The notes under the pieces: generated by a model
What the model was told of the DNA's origin: nothing
Databases searched by the model: none
The model's input: the letters and a program-made list of their open reading frames with translations, nothing else
Shown: in pieces, positions 50,241-63,200 of the stretch
Position numbering within the stretch: position 1 is the stretch's first letter
Layout: each line of letters opens with the position of its first letter
Made by a program: the position numbers and the translations under genes
From: Callorhinchus milii
Lineage: Eukaryota
Direction: 5' to 3'
DNA length: 64,000 nucleotides
Assembly (NCBI RefSeq): GCF_018977255.1
Contig: NW_024704742.1
Span: forward strand, 102,798,001 to 102,862,000

Positions 50241-51826
50241 CAGGCAAGAATGCCCAGTATGGAAAATGTATAGTTTAAAAAAAAATCTGTTCAATTATTT
50301 TTAAAACCATCTCCCCAGTGGCATACACCTCTCTGCTCCTGGTCTGGCCTCCCCTTGCTGGGGTGAGATACCATGGGCACTGGCTACCCTCCAGTATCCC
50401 ATCGAAGTGGCCATTATTCATGTGTTGACACTAACTGTTAAGGCTCACAAGCCTCTACTGAACTATAGAGGGCATCTTGCCAAGCCTGACCTTCTCAGTC
50501 GGCCGCCAGGAGAAGGTGCTGAGAGGGAGCAGGCAGGTTTTATCCTCCCCAACCCTGGGAAGCCAGGACTAGCTTAGCCTCCTCATAAAGCCCAACTGCG
50601 GCAATCAACCTCAAACATGAAACAGCAAATTCTTGGTCTGTAAGATGCAGCTCTATCCGCATCAGCATCTGTACTGCCTGTTTTATAATGTGATTAGTTT
50701 ATATTTCAGGACAACTTCTGTTGCATGGTAACTCCATTTCCTTAAAAATCTCATTTTAATTTTTAAAAAAAACTCTTAGATATTGTACTTCTGTGCAAAT
50801 TTTCTGGAATCCTGTCATTAGCCTACCCCGTTACACATAACTGGCACATTCTCCAACAGACCACTTCCCAGCTACATGAAGGCTCCTCTAACCGTGGACC
50901 AACAAACAAATCAAAGTAAGCTCCATTCAGAGATAATCTAGACTGTAGCAAGACATGATGTTCTAAAATGTCTGCTGGGCTATTGTAGAGTGGCGACCAT
51001 GATAACACTCATGCTCTCAGTGAACTCTCCATTCTGATGAAGGGGCTCTGTTACCATCTGACCTGAATTTTAGGTGGAAATGTGTAGCTTAATGCCAACA
51101 TTCCTGCAATTCTATTAGTAAATTTTGCCACTAGAGACGGTGTGAGGTCATAGCGATCGTAGATTTAAAACAGTGCAAAACGAGATGGGCAATGAGAGCT
51201 TGACTATTACAAACATAACATGTAACATGAATGCTTCATGACTTTAATGCAGTTGAGAATTTTCCTAAGAAATACAATAAGATTCAACTTCCTTCTGCAG
51301 AGGTAGTAATGAAAAGTACTATATAAAATAACTCTGGAGGTCAAGTCCAAAAAATTGGATTGGCACAATGAGACCTTCCTACAAAATGTAAGGATTAGGA
51401 TTGTTATCATCATCATAAAGATGCTCATTTTTTTTAAAAGTATAAACAATTGTTTAAGTAAGAACAGAAGCAACTCTGGGTTCAAAAAAAACTTGTGAGA
51501 TTGATGTGAGGTTTTGAAGCAAACATGTGGATGTTTTTATGAAACATGATGTAGACAAGAAAGTGCAGTTGGCAAAGTGCAAACAAAAAGGGATGATGAG
51601 CACAACAGGCTGACACTTCCTGTCGATGTTTTGCTTGCTGACCTACTTTCGACCAATTTGGGGATTCTCAATTCAACACACAAAATTTGTCCCTGGTGTG
51701 AAGCAGAATAACTGATTGACTAAGCATCCTGTTTAAAGTTTCAATTAAAGGCTGCCAGGAATTGTTCTAACATTATTTGATCGTTGTGTTTCCAAAATAA
51801 ATTAATGCACATTTCAAACCGCTGGA

Positions 51827-52132
51827 AATAATAATCCTTGTATTTGATATAGCGCTTTTCACATCTTCTAGACATCTCAAAGCTCTTCACAGAATATACT
51901 GTAAAGTGAATTGACTGTATATTTGTGGGCAAAATGCGGCAGCCAATTGCGCACAGCAGTGTCCCACAAACAGCCGTGGATTGAAATGACCAATTTATTA
52001 TTGTTTTTTCTTGAGGGATTATTATCAGGCGTGTGGAGTAAGGAAACTTGCCCAAGGTTTCACCCTGCCGGGAATCGAACCCAGGTCTCTCGCTTGCAAA
52101 GCGAGTGCTCTATCCACTGAGCTACAGGACTC
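51827..52132 (-). mobile_element. Full-length SINE (tctagaaga tail loop subfamily)
   Basis: tRNA head, Deu-like body, tail. Confidence 0.9.
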
Positions 52133-52333
52133 ATAATAAAACCAGATTTATACTTTTCCATTGCAAATCACTGTTCTTGAGGGCCAGAGTTAGCTCTGCT
52201 ATTTGTGCAGAGCTAGGCTAACTGGTGCCAAATGTAGTTTACTTTTTAATCTTGTTAAAGAGCCACAAGTGAGACCGACTAATAGCATGCCTCAAGGTAT
52301 TTTCAAAATGTTTATACAGGGTATGTCTACTCT

Positions 52334-52511
52334 AAATAAACTCCTGATAACTCGACCCTAGCTTAATCTGTCACTACCTCTTAAGTCATCATGCTGTCAA
52401 TTTCCCGGCTGCATTTATTTATGTACTTATACATATGTCTAACTCGTCACTACGGGTAACTCGTGAATGAGATGTTTTCCCTTGGAGTGACGAGTTATCA
52501 GGAGTTTACTG
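52334..52511. mobile_element. Small Tigger-type MITE (about 178 bp)
   Basis: TIRs taaactcctgataactcg / cgagttatcaggagtttactg|TA. Confidence 0.8.
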
Positions 52512-54439
52512 TATATTGTGGCTGTGGAATCAAAGAAACACCACTGGAAATTAAAAGTACTCAGTATCAGCAAGACAGCAAAATAATAAGACACTACGTA
52601 GCCTTTCTTTCTTGGATTTTTCCAATTACTGTTTCTGTGTATTTTATTGATAAGGATCATTAAAAACATTTATCCACTTTGTCAGAGTCTATTCTTTATG
52701 TCAAAAAGGAGAAAAAATTGTGTGTGTGGGGAGGGGGGAGGAGAGAAACTGGATACAAAAAAGGTAAGGGTTTTATGTTGGGAGACTCAATATCTCAAGA
52801 AAACAAGCCAAATTACGAACAACAGACCACAATTAGTGACACAGTAAATAATTCATTAGAGTATTCTTATTAATTGGTACATTAATTAAGTACATACGAA
52901 AATTGAACAAAACGCAAAACACGACTTGGCTACAGTGTTAATGAAAAAAATGTTCTTTCAAGGGTTACACTATCACTGCAGTATTACAATGAATCAACCC
53001 CCCTTCTCTACCTCTCCATCTCCCCACAACTACCCACTCCACCACCTTTCTCTGCAGCTCTGACTGATTTTCAACCTCCCTTACTCCAGGTCTGATTTTC
53101 TGTCTCTATGAGTTTTTCTATTTCCATACTGTACACGATTAAGTAACAAAAGTTCAACTTTGTACTCCATCGACAAAAATCTAATCATGCATGAGATTAT
53201 TAGACACAACTTGTGATTTTAGCAACCGCATACTTGCACAACTAGACTCACAATGCAGTGAGCACGCATTCCTAGAAGCTCAAGCATGCTGCACAACAAC
53301 TTGCATTTATATAGCGTCCCTCACACAATGTAGCGCCCCAGAGCGCTTACACACCACACCACTGGGAGAAAAAAANGTTCATTTGGGGTTGTTTTTGGTT
53401 CAAATTCAGGAGAAAACGTGTTCATTGACTGGCACCAAAGAAAGTGACCATTTATCAATGTAAATCATTAAAAAANTTGACCTACTGATCCTTATATATT
53501 AATTCTCTCTGGAAACACTGTTCGATTCTATGAGCAACATTTAAATTGACGCTGCTTTACATTCTGCAGTTTTTAAATAAACATACAGATTTACCAATTT
53601 TAAATTTTAAGCTGAATTGTGATTTTGTGAAGTTTGTGACTTGTTGCACAAAAGGGGATCTGCTTGACTAGATCCCAGGTTTCTAATTTCACAGGTGTGA
53701 AATTGAATACTGTACCAGATAAAAGTAGGAATTTGTTTTGGGGAAAAAGAGCTATAAAGTTGCAGCAAAGCTCAGCAAGTTCTTCAGTTGCTGAAATTCC
53801 ACAGTCCTCCACCTTGATGTAGATGACTGCTGTGCCCCAGTTGATCTGTGAATGATTCCAAATAGTGCAAAGTGCGAGAACCAGATGTTAACCCAGTCCT
53901 CTCACTGCTGCTACACAAACCTCAAGGGGCAAGAAATGAAACCAGGATTTTTAATTAACAAGGCGGGTGGGGGGTGGGGGGGAGGGGGAAGGGAGAAAGG
54001 AGGAGGAGGAAGAAACACTATTAGAAACATTACAGGTTTTTTTTAAAAAAGACAAGGTTAGCGTGGGATAGTACAAAACATGCTTTAGTATAGAGTCACA
54101 TGCTATAAAGTGGTTGTTATGATCCAGAAAATTCCAACCTGAACTCATTAGATTATTCTTATTAATAAGTCATCACCAGACATCGCTTCTGGGCTCATGA
54201 CATCACTGTAACACCCTGAGGGTTGGGGGTAAAGAACGGCACTGTGTGGGAGTGCAGAAGGCCAGCAGCTTTTGTACAATGTACTGCACTTCTCGTGACT
54301 CACGTGCTCAACCTAACCTTACTTCATGCTATTTTCGTGCTAATGGGCTGATGTCACAAATATTACCTGCCTTATAAACAAGGCAGTGCTACGTTGAAGT
54401 GTTACAAAGGTTAACATGAAAGCATGTTAACATGAAAAT

Positions 54440-54609
54440 CTGGTTAGAGCACTCGCCTTGTAAGCGAGCAAGAGGACCTGGGTTCAATTCCCAGGCAGGG
54501 CGAAACGTTGGGCAATTTTCCTTACTCCACATGCCTCTGTTTACCAGCAGTGAGTAGGAATCCGGTTGTTTGTCGATTGGCGGATATTATTCCCTTCAAA
54601 AAATAAATA
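54440..54609 (+). mobile_element. SINE 5' part (long variant), cut by Tigger insertion
   Basis: ggttagagcactcgccttg..gggttcaattccc..gcctctgtttaccagcagtgagtagg. Confidence 0.8.
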
Positions 54610-55960
54610 CAGCAGAAACCCGTTTGCAGACACCTCGGCAGTCCAACCACCTCACAATTGCAGGCACGTTTTCACAGTCTCTTTCACTGTCCACTGTTTG
54701 CTTCAGTAAACCGGGGACCTCACTATTCAGGACAATGATCATTGACTGCAGACTGTCAGCTACAAACACTCCTCTGCTACAAACCTGTGCACAAACCCGG
54801 GCCTCTGCGCACTGTTTACGCAATGCTGCTAATGTGGGCCAAGTAGGCTCTGGTCGCACATGCATGGCGCGGGCAGTGGTAGGATTCCAGAAGTGGCGCG
54901 ATCGGGAAATTGGCTTCGCTCGGCGCCTGCGGCCTAAACTGAGCTCCTGAGACAAATTCTTGGTAAATGCTGTATTCAGAGCATGTGGTTTGTGTTTACC
55001 ATCGTTTGTTTTGATTTAGTGACTGTTAACAAGTGTTGTAAACATGCCACCATGAAAGGAGTTGCTATCACCTGAGGGAGAGGACTTGATCAAGAACACT
55101 GAGGCCAAAAGTCATAGACAGTTACCTGTGATCTATGGCATTGACAGAACACAAGTTGAATGCATTCAAGGAAGGCTGAATATATGACAGCTTTTGAAGA
55201 AAATCAACAACCTGATAGAAAATGTATGTGATTGAACTCTCAGTATGAAGACATTGATAAACTGACATGGGAGTGGTTCCAGCCTGCCCGTGATCTCAAC
55301 ATGCCTGTGTCTGGCTCTTGATGAGACTGGCTTCAAGGCATCAAATGACTGGCTTGAGCCTTTCAAATCCAGACACAATATTGGATCTACAATTGTGTCT
55401 GGTGAAAAGGCTGACACTGCGCCTGCTATTGTTGACAACTGGAAACAGAAACTCCCTGAGATTACAGCTGGCTATGCACCCAAGGACATCTTTAGCACGG
55501 ACAAATCTAGTGTTTTTAGGGCTCCTCCTGACAGGAACCTTCATGGTGATGGCTGCACTGGTGGGAAGAAATCTGAAGACCGTATCACCATATCTTTGAC
55601 AGTCAACATGGAGGAAGATTTTGAATGGACAGTTGTGATAGGGAAGGCTGCCAAGCCCCATGCCTTTAGGAACTTGAACAGCAAGACTCAGCTTCCCATC
55701 ACATGATACAGCAACCAAAAGGCATGGATGACCTGTGCCATTTTTTCTTAAAAAACAGAGTGACCTCAGACCTTCAATAGAAAGATGCAAACACAGAGCA
55801 GGTGCTGTTTCTGGACAATGCCCCAGCTCAACTTCACAATATTTCTACTCTAACCAATGTCAAGTTAGTGTTTTTTCCCAGCTAACACCACATCCATCCT
55901 CCAGTCCCTTGACCAAGGCATCCATCTAGAAGATTAACCTGTATTAGAATGCTGCTTCGC
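54610..55960 (+). mobile_element. Tigger/pogo DNA transposon, 3' truncated, with transposase pseudogene (about 55045-55950)
   Basis: TA|CAG start. CENP-B-like FKASNDWLEPFKSRHNI, DIFSTDKS, GGKKSEDRIT, VIGKAAKPHAF, *YSNQKAWMT, LFLDNAP, LQSLDQG motifs with stops and frameshifts. Confidence 0.88.
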
Positions 55961-56669
55961 TTGGCAGAGAAGGGAAAAAAAGCCCCTTCTCAACAGGATC
56001 CCCCAAAATGGTTTCCACGTCCAAGCAGATGTCTAATAGAAAACCTAGCTATTAATCTGAATCAATATATGGTACAAATAGCTCCACATGTTCTGATCAA
56101 TACTTCTAAGACCATCCCTTTAGCTACGTAAAGCCAGAATACCACATTTAGGAACACAAATTGCCATATCTCATTCAATACCCCATCGTTAAAATAGTGG
56201 ATAGCAAAGGATTCCTAGATGAATCTGCAATCAATACAAAATCATCAGCAAAATAAACCCAATCAGAAATGTCTGGAACAGAGTCTAAAATTCTCTCTCA
56301 CCTTCTCTGTGAGAACCTTCCCTGGTTGATCCATGGTGTTTTATAAGTGCAACTTGAATTTACAGCTGGAGTTGCAACAAGCTTGTCCAATCTCCTGGCT
56401 TGGACAGTGGCCAGATGATACAATTAGGGTTAATGCCATATACAAAAGCCATGGTAATAAGTAAAAAGCCCATTTCATACTCACTCAACGATGGTTCCAT
56501 ATTGTGCAATCCCAAATGCTAGGCGAGATGAAAATGTTATGCCAACATCCCTATCATTAGATCTGAAATGAGCTGAACTTAAGATTTTTTCAGCCAAAGA
56601 CAGCCTGAAGTGGCAGTAAATTGCCTCCTCAGAAACTTTGCCCTTGAGAGAGTACGGAAACAATTCAAT

Positions 56670-57450
56670 CAACAACAAGTTGCATTTATATAGCACTTCT
56701 CAAGCAGGGTAGCATTCCAGAGTGCTTGACAGTGGTGGAGCACAACACAAGCTGGGGGGAGGGAGAGGTGACCATAGGCATGGTCGAATAGGAAGGTCTT
56801 CAGGCGTGACCTGAAGATGGGGAAGGAAGGGGCAAGGTGGAGGGATAGAGGAAAAGTGTTCTAGAGTTTCAGGGAGCAGTGGCTGAAAGCATTGCCACCA
56901 ATGGTGGAAAGAAGACAGGCAATGTGGCAGAGCTGGAGGAAGGCAGTCCTGGTCAGGGACTGGATGTGGAGAAGGAAGGACAGCTATGGGTCGAACCTGA
57001 TGCCTTGGTTGTATAAGTCTGAGGGATAGGCCATGGAAATTGAGGTCAGATCCTCAGGATAGAAGACTTGACTGGAGCCAATAAGTATGGCTTCTGTCTT
57101 GTCAACAATAATTGTACAAAGTTTTCGCTCATCCATGCCTGCGTCCGCCAGATAATCCGAGAGAAAATCGCCAGACATGGAGTCGCAACTGGAGAAGTAG
57201 ATTGTGTGTCATCTGCATACATGTGGAAGTTCACCTCATGTCTGTGGATGAGGGAGCATATAGATGAGGAAGAGGAGGCGGCAAAGGATGGAGCCCTGAG
57301 GCCGGAAGAGAAACAGTTTGTGGAGATAAAGTGATGGCGATTTGTTAGGTAGGACTCGAACCAGGCAAGCGGGGTTCCACTGAGGTGGATGAGAATGGCG
57401 TGGTCGACTGCGTCATACACAGCAGAGAGGTCCACAAGGACGAGGAGGTA
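56670..57450 (-). mobile_element. Degenerate L2 fragment
   Basis: [19 protein letters not shown], tail. Confidence 0.8.
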
Positions 57451-57828
57451 GTAAAGACGATACCAGCTTTTAGGAATTTAAGTTACAAGGAAAGATTAAC
57501 AAAGATTACCTACCTGTACAGTGCTCCTCATTCTTCAAATTGAAGACATCCTCCATCTAACATAGCATGAGGGTTGGATCGCTACCAAACATTTAGGGGA
57601 TAACTTTTAAGACACTTTTGATGTTATGGGGGTGTCATGTCCCTGGAAGATGACCCCAAATGCCCCCCACCCCAACACACACCCACACACAACTCCCACA
57701 AAGAGTCTCTATAGGTACGAGGACACATTGGCTTGTAAACATTGTTGAATTCACTGGAAGTCATGGAGACTGGTACGTGGAGAATATCTAACTGTGTCCA
57801 GCTTGGTGCTGCAGGAGTATTTTCAGAT

Positions 57829-57829
<1 letters not shown>

Positions 57830-57859
<30 letters not shown>

Positions 57860-57956
57860 AATATTCACATGAAACACTGTTCATGTGAATATGGCAGCCG
57901 ATTTCTCTTAAATTTTTCCCCATGTGGAGAAACAAACTAAAATGCAGCACTGCCAT

Positions 57957-57989
<33 letters not shown>
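57830..57989. repeat. (CT)n/(CA)n microsatellites
   Basis: Runs at 57830-57858 and 57961-57989. Confidence 0.9.
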
Positions 57990-57991
<2 letters not shown>

Positions 57992-58284
57992 GAATGGTGG
58001 TTGGGGTGGTCACACAAGAGCACATTGCAACATCTTATAAAAAAAAGTATCTTAAAGGAAAGGTTTACCCATCACCTCTGTTTGGTAACGGTACCGATCT
58101 CATCCTACACTGTGTGGAGAATGTCCGGAATGAAGAAAGGAAGTTGGATTTTCCTGGAATCTCAAATGGGAAGTGCTCTCTTGAAAATGTTTCTTGATTA
58201 GTAAAAGGGGAAATGATGTGGGCAAATTGATGAATGTGGTGAAAGTTTCAAACAAATGGGACACAAGTTAACAATTAATGCATT

Positions 58285-58520
58285 AGATGCAAGAAGGAAA
58301 GATAAGCAGAACGTTTTAACACAAAGGTAACAGGATTGTATAATAGTTTACCCATAAAGGCCATGGAAGCAGACAGAATAAAAGGGTTTAAGAGGCAACT
58401 GGATGAGTTTGTGGAGAAAGAAGGAATTGGGGGAATATGATGAGAAGGCAGGTAGGTACCTGGGGGTTGATACCTATCAAAAAAGGCAGCCTTGATTGGC
58501 CCAATATCCTTTTCCTGTCC
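58285..58520 (+). mobile_element. CR1 3' tail, degenerate
   Basis: FNTKVTGLYNSLP..FKRQLDEF. Confidence 0.6.
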
Positions 58521-59093
58521 CAATCATGGTTGTCATGATGAATTAAATCCTTGCTTCAACTGCAACATTTTTGAAATGGAAAACTATTGCGTAGAAAAGC
58601 AGTCACCGCCTACAAAAGCTGATAAACCCGAATTTAAAACTGAACTTGCTGTCACAGTATTTGCTTTAACAGTTAATGTTTACATACAGTACATCTATTT
58701 GCAGAAGGCTACCTCCTAGACACACATAAGCTTTACTAGATTAAGTTGCAATGCCCAAAACCTTCAAGGTAAGTAAACATGCAGATTAATTATTGCAGTT
58801 TCCACCTCCAATAATAATATCAAGTCTTGGGGCATCTGAAGTTCGATCACCACTATTTGTGTAAGCAGCTCAGTTACTATCAAACTGATTGATCGGCACA
58901 TTACAATCATAACCAATGATTTGTCACACGGTAAAAATGCCTCAATCATTAATCTGTACGTTCATTTAGCAAACTGAGCAAGCTGGCTGTTGGCATTAAC
59001 GGGCGAGCTACTAAAGGAAGATTGAAAAGACATGCAGGCTCCATAATCATGCAAGTTATCAAAACGCTATGTTACTAGTCACAAGATTCTTAC

Positions 59094-59201
59094 CTCAGAT
59101 TTTTCCAGTTTATTCTGAGCATCGATCTGAGTAACTATTTCATTCATATTGGTCTCTAAAACCATTCCTCCCATCACCATCTCAGCCAAAATATTGTGAA
59201 C
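59094..59201 (-). CDS. AP3S1: AP-3 complex subunit sigma-1, penultimate constitutive coding exon (108 nt)
   Basis: Translates VHNILAEMVMGGMVLETNMNEIVTQIDAQNKLEKSE. Acceptor ...cctttaaaaaag, donor gtaag, phase 0/0. Residues match sigma-3A (AP3S1) rather than sigma-3B. Confidence 0.95.
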
Positions 59202-59658
59202 CTTTTTTAAAGGAAAAAAAAATATTAAAATTCAAATACAGCACAGGAGTTTTTCAGCATTAAAATGTTTCAATACAACAACAATCTAAAAGATTCAGCA
59301 CCCAAAATCACTGCATAACTTTCAATACACATTTAGAAGTGAAAATGAACTTGTGAAGGGACTACATAAAAAATCTGCGGTTTTACAGAACTCCGATCAA
59401 TTTTTCAGTTCATGACACACAAGCAACACACAAGAGATGCACGTACTTGGCAGAACTTTGCATCATTCAAAATAACCTGTAGCCTTCGTAAAATATTGTT
59501 TAAAAGAAAAAGATCAGACGGCTCAATTGATAAAGCCATCACAGTGTTGAAACTGAGCCCACACAGACCAGGAAGGTCCCTGGTTCCTTCCCTAGTTCAG
59601 TGGTGCTACCCCCACCCCCCCACCCGAACATAAGTCTAGGTAAGTCCGTGTTTGATCA

Positions 59659-60222
59659 TAGAATCAAAGAATTATACAGCACAGAAGGAGGCCATTCAGC
59701 ACATTGCGTCTGTGTTGGCTCTTTGTAAAGAGCTATCCAAATCAATCCAACTCCCCCGCTCTCTTCCCAATGCCCTGCAAACTTGTCCTCCCCAAATAAG
59801 TATCTACTTCTCTCTTAAAAGTTGTTATTGAATCGGCTTCCACCACCTTTCAGGCAACGCATTCCAGATCCGAACAACTCGCTATGTGAAAACATTTCTC
59901 CTAATCTCCCCTCTGTTTCTTTTAACAACTATTTTAAAATCAGTGTCCTTGGGTTACCGACCCACCCGCCAGTGGAAATAATTTCTCCTTATCGAATCCC
60001 CTCATAATTTTGAAAATTTCTATTACGTCTCCTCTTAACCTTCTCTGCTCCAAGGAGAATAATCCTAGCTTCTCTAGCCTCATCTGATAACTGAAGTCCT
60101 TCATTCCTGGTACCATCCTGGTAAATCTCCTTTGCACCCTCTCCAATGCCTTGACATCCTTCCTAAAGTGTGGTGCCCAGAACTGAACACAGTACTCTAG
60201 CTGAGGCCTAACCAGTGTTTTA
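59659..60222 (-). mobile_element. CR1 3' end
   Basis: KTLVRPQLEYCVQFWAPHFRKDVKALERVQRRFTRMVPG. Confidence 0.9.
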
Positions 60223-63200
60223 GAACCATAAAACCAAATAGGCACCAGAGTCAAAGAGCCTATCAAATCAAAATATTCAGATTAGTAATGTGTCTTCAGT
60301 TTTTTCTTCACTGAATATTTCTTGATTAATGGCATAAATCAAGAAATATTCAATCCAAAAAAAAGGATTTTGTTGGCCAACCATGAAGGTTGGCCACCAC
60401 TGCCTAGTTAGTGGCCAGTTACTTGATCTGAGCTGGACAAAGAGGGAGTAGGGGTGTATGTATAATTGGCCTCTGAGCTGCAGGGAGAAGGAAAAAAATA
60501 AGTAGCCGGCTAAATTTTCTACTCCCAACTATGTGATTCCAGCTGGAAAGCACACTTGTGTGGACTTCAGGTGAACATAGAATTGGATAGAGTAGCTGCA
60601 CCATAGTCAAAGAGCCTAGCAAATCAAAATATTCAGATTCACACGTGACTAACAGCCACTTGAGCAAAGTGTCGAAGGGCAGCTGGTGTTAGTGAATAAC
60701 ATGGGTCAGCACTCTCAGAAGGAGAAGAGAAGAGAAAATTGAAGGGGAGAGTAAGGGAAACAGCAAATTTAGTGGAGTTGCCCGCTACCCAATTAGGAAA
60801 GTTTCTTGTTCATGTTTCAATTGGAAGTTACACCATTGTGATAATTGTGAATTCTATTGTTCGGTCTAGTATTGTGTGAGAAATTACAATTTGGTCTATA
60901 ATTAAATTGAGGAGCTAATATCATGTGATGTTAATGAAACTGAAGTTATAGCTGGCAACAAAACAGTAACTTATCATATTGAGAATAGAATGCTTGTACT
61001 CAGCATTTTTTGTGTGTTAAATGGTTAACAAATAAGGCAATAAATTGAACAACCAAGGGCATTATGGCAGCAAAGAAGGGCTTGTAAGCAAGGAAAATGT
61101 AGAATAGGTTATAAGTTAGAAGAGGCAAATGTGTGCCAGATGTGCTAGATAATCAAGCTTTACACTCACCATTCACCACTGACCCAAGAAGAGAAGAGGC
61201 AGGTTGTATATATTGTATATTAAGAAGTTTCATAAAGAAACTAATACGTAACGTGTACGCTTGAGAAATATATACAGAAGTAATAAACATTTAAACTTGA
61301 TGTTGTACCTGACCCCCTCTGTTCCCAAGTCTCACCCAACATCACAATTTAAATTGGATTTAGTCAAACGGTGACAGGGTTTATCCCTTGTCCTGGACAA
61401 AATTAATAAAACACAACACCCTGGGATCCTCTGGGGTGGAAGGGTGATGTGGAGGAAGCAAGACATTTGCCCAGTGTCATGAAGGAACCAAAAACAAACA
61501 TCAAGTGAGATTCCTTCCTGCCTGTACAACTAAGGGGCATCCATCTGGACAACTTCACCCTCCCAACAAAAGAAGATGGGAAGAGAGAGCAAGTAAAAAC
61601 AGAGAACGTTTTAATTCAGCAAAGGAGTTTGCACAAATTGTTTCGTATAATTGCACAACCACCGTTCTTGGACTTATCCAAATGGGGGATGAGGATTGGC
61701 TGATCATACTTTACACGTGAAGGGGACAACCAAGAAATGTTTATTCCATCAGGAGGGTAAATAAAGAGCAAACATGTTACTAGCACTTCTGTTTAATCAA
61801 ATACGCAGTACGAGTAAAAAGGACAAAATGCTATTGATGCTGAAAACTTGGCTTCTATGCACAATGTGATGGGAAACAGATCTTTAGTGTGTTATTAAAA
61901 ATTACGCCACAAATGGGAGTGCATTCCAATCTTATATACTGATAAATGCTGTCCATATCATGTGCTTTCAAACACTGACAACTTATAGCCATGTAAACCA
62001 AATGCAAACTTTTGTAAATAAACTACAACCTTTAACGTCTTACTTGCTAAACATGACTAGGGCAATTATGAAGAATAACAGAATAGTTCACTGAAATATA
62101 GCAGTAGATTTCCTACATCACGTTCAGAATATAAGCATTGCACCAAAAGGTAAGATTCATCTGCATCAATCCAGCAATACAATTTTCAGGTAGGAGTAGA
62201 CCATTGCTCCACCTAAATTCTATCCAAACTACCCAAATATTCTTTCAACACATCATCATCAACATCTAATTGTTTAAAATCCTTTAAATTTCCAGGAACT
62301 AGATCCAAATCATTTTATTGCTCCTTGTTCCATGGTCTGTGCTGGTACACAGCCCTTTACTGAACACAATTCTCCTAAATTTCCTATTTGCTTTGGTTGT
62401 CTTTTTTTTTGATAACTTTAATTTTTTATATGGAAGTAAACTTGATTTGCATCCAAATTTAATAAGAATTCCTGAATTTGATAAAGAGTCTTGTATATCA
62501 GGAGGATATCTCAAATCACTTCACAGAATACGCTCTAATGTAAAGACTGTATTGTGTAGGCAAATGCAGCAGCCAATTTTAAGTGCAGGAATGTCCCACA
62601 AACAGCCATGAAGTGAATGACCATTTTAACTGGGGATTGTCGCCAAGATATCGGGACAGACTCCCTTGTATTTTCGAGTAGTGCTATGGAATCTTTAAAG
62701 TCCACTACGTACTGTAATACAATCAAAATGTTTCACCATGATAAGGCACTATAAAAATGTAAGTTCTTCCTATTTTTAGATAGCTTACAGGAGAGATTGG
62801 TTGACTGGCTCACTTTTATTCTCTCCTTTCGAGAAAATTCTCAGTGGTGCAGCTGCAATTAGGTACTCACCACTTGAGAAAAATACAGATGCCACATATT
62901 ATCTAATCTTTCCTCAAACTGTGCTTTCAAGCTGCAATTTTTTAAAAAAAAAACTTGTGTAAACCTATTGATTAATCTTTAAAGAAAGAATATTAATTAG
63001 CTTGTCCTTTTCAACCCAAGTTAGAGTAATCCAGAATCAAAAATAACACCGAGCATTATTCACAGTTCAGTGATTTGAATTCTCTGCCAATAACGTGATG
63101 TGAATCGGCTTCAACAAATCCCAGCAATGCAGCTGCCGGTACTGAATGGAAAGGCTTCAGTCAAACCACAGTGCAAATAAAGCCATACAGATTCCAGAGA

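Noticed and set aside
51034..51070. Second hammerhead-like CTGATGA motif
   Set aside because: No intact GAAA core or convincing stems.
53376..53477. Isolated n bases (also 28433)
   Set aside because: Base-calling ambiguity at homopolymer ends, not biology.
55290..55706. Domesticated TIGD gene
   Set aside because: Multiple stops and frameshifts, a retained left terminus, and insertion into a SINE.
44512..59201. ANPEP/AP3S2 assignment
   Set aside because: Diagnostic residues (HNILAEM, TQIDAQNK, AGLAGAP, LPSFK) fit AP3S1.
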